NCBI GenBank assembly: GCA_038203565.1
Contig: JBBRDV010000003.1
Location: 1 to 61,350 of the forward strand
Origin: Atribacterota bacterium
Lineage (GTDB): Bacteria > Atribacterota > Phoenicimicrobiia > Phoenicimicrobiales > Phoenicimicrobiaceae
DNA length: 61,350 nt
Reading direction: 5' to 3'
The notes beneath the pieces are model-generated. The model was not told where the DNA came from. It ran no database searches and saw only the letters and a list, made by a program, of their open reading frames with translations. Positions 60,397 to 61,350 of the stretch are shown here, piece after piece (the stretch's first letter is position 1; each line of letters begins with the position of its first letter). Both the position numbers and the translations under genes were made by a program.

Positions 60397-61119
60397 TTAA
60401 AAAGGGGGTTTTGCAGGGATAGTTCGTTTATGCGCACTTTGAGTTATTTTGTTTTGAATTTTTTTTTCTATTATTTTATTTTCTATTTTTCCTGTCTTTA
60501 GATACTTATCTAACTGATTATAACTTATGCCAATTTCTTCTTCATCAGTCTGACCTTCCCAGAGACCTGCAGAAGGAGGTTTATTTATAATTTTTTTGGG
60601 AATACCTAAATATTCTGCTAATTCTTTAACCTGATTCTTTAATAAATTACCTAAAGGTAAAATATCTGCTCCTCCATCACCGTATTTAGTAAAATATCCT
60701 ATCGTTAACTCACTTTTATTCCCGGTTCCCACAACCAAATAATTTAATTTATTGGCAAAATAGTATAAAGTTATCATTCTTAATCGTGGTTTTATATTTG
60801 CCTCTGCTAATTTAAAACTTCCCTCTTTTTCTTTATCATCTAACAAATAAACGAACGAATCATACACTGTTGATAAATCAATTATTTTATAAGAAACGTT
60901 AAATTTATTGATAAGATCTATGCCATCATTAGTATCGGTTTCAAGATTATGGCAAGGCATAATTATAGCTAAGGTATTTTTTGGAAATACTTTTATGCTT
61001 AAGGCTGCCACCACAGCGGAATCTATACCTCCACTTAAGCCAAATACTACTCCCTCAGCTTTTGCTTTAGTTACTTTATTTCCAATCCAATCACATAATT
61101 TTAGCACTAAAGTTTCCAT
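60397..61119 (-). CDS. nadE: NH3-dependent NAD+ synthetase
   Basis: GLSGGIDSA, NIKPRLRM, GYFTKYGDG, PPSAGLW and QTDEEEIG motifs; no glutaminase domain. Confidence 0.96.
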   Translation of the reverse strand: METLVLKLCDWIGNKVTKAKAEGVVFGLSGGIDSAVVAALSIKVFPKNTLAIIMPCHNLETDTNDGIDLINKFNVSYKIIDLSTVYDSFVYLLDDKEKEGSFKLAEANIKPRLRMITLYYFANKLNYLVVGTGNKSELTIGYFTKYGDGGADILPLGNLLKNQVKELAEYLGIPKKIINKPPSAGLWEGQTDEEEIGISYNQLDKYLKTGKIENKIIEKKIQNKITQSAHKRTIPAKPPF

Positions 61120-61162
61120 AAATTAATCCTCCAAGTCTCCAATCCTCCAATTAACTAGTCGA

Positions 61163-61190
61163 TAGGGGCAGACACAAGGTCTGCCCCTAC
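61163..61190 (-). repeat. REP GTAGGGGCAGACCTTGTGTCTGCCCCTA
   Basis: Copy of the 25-mer with an extended palindrome. Confidence 0.85.
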
Positions 61191-61220
61191 ATTATACAAT
61201 AAAATCCAGAAAATAAAAAA

Positions 61221-61335
<115 letters not shown>

Positions 61336-61350
61336 AAATTAAAGAGATGT

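Overview
AT-rich chromosomal window from an anaerobic bacterium. Gene content is compatible with Atribacterota (JS1-like), but this cannot be proven from the sequence. Every credible gene lies on the minus strand, downstream of an rRNA operon whose 5S gene sits at the right edge. In transcription order (right to left) the window contains: nadE; yebC-ruvCAB-spoIID-queA-tgt-yajC; secDF-recJ-apt-rel-dtd-GDPD-MBL-ahcY-comF; a raiA-motif ncRNA; hpf; an uncharacterised four-gene module (conserved hypothetical, unannotated 28-aa peptide enclosed in an RNA stem, membrane HD-GYP, DUF5317-like protein); secA; frameshifted prfB; and a ~19 kb GntR-led catabolic cluster (2-oxoglutarate:ferredoxin oxidoreductase, atypical acetate-family kinase, NfnAB, glutamate dehydrogenase, methylmalonyl-CoA mutase/MeaB/epimerase, Na+-pumping biotin decarboxylase, extra pyruvate/oxaloacetate carboxyltransferase). 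It continues with DUF5693-csaB-ftsEX-envC-ctpA, gltX-tRNA-Gln-tRNA-Glu and greA-tsaC, and ends in a partial aroH preceded by an unannotated Tyr6 leader-peptide attenuator. Intergenic regions are full of GTAG-type REP/REPIN elements and inverted heptamer arrays. No CRISPR, prophage or transposase was found. The top candidates for new biology are the peptide/HD-GYP/DUF5317 signalling module and the Tyr-sensing attenuator.
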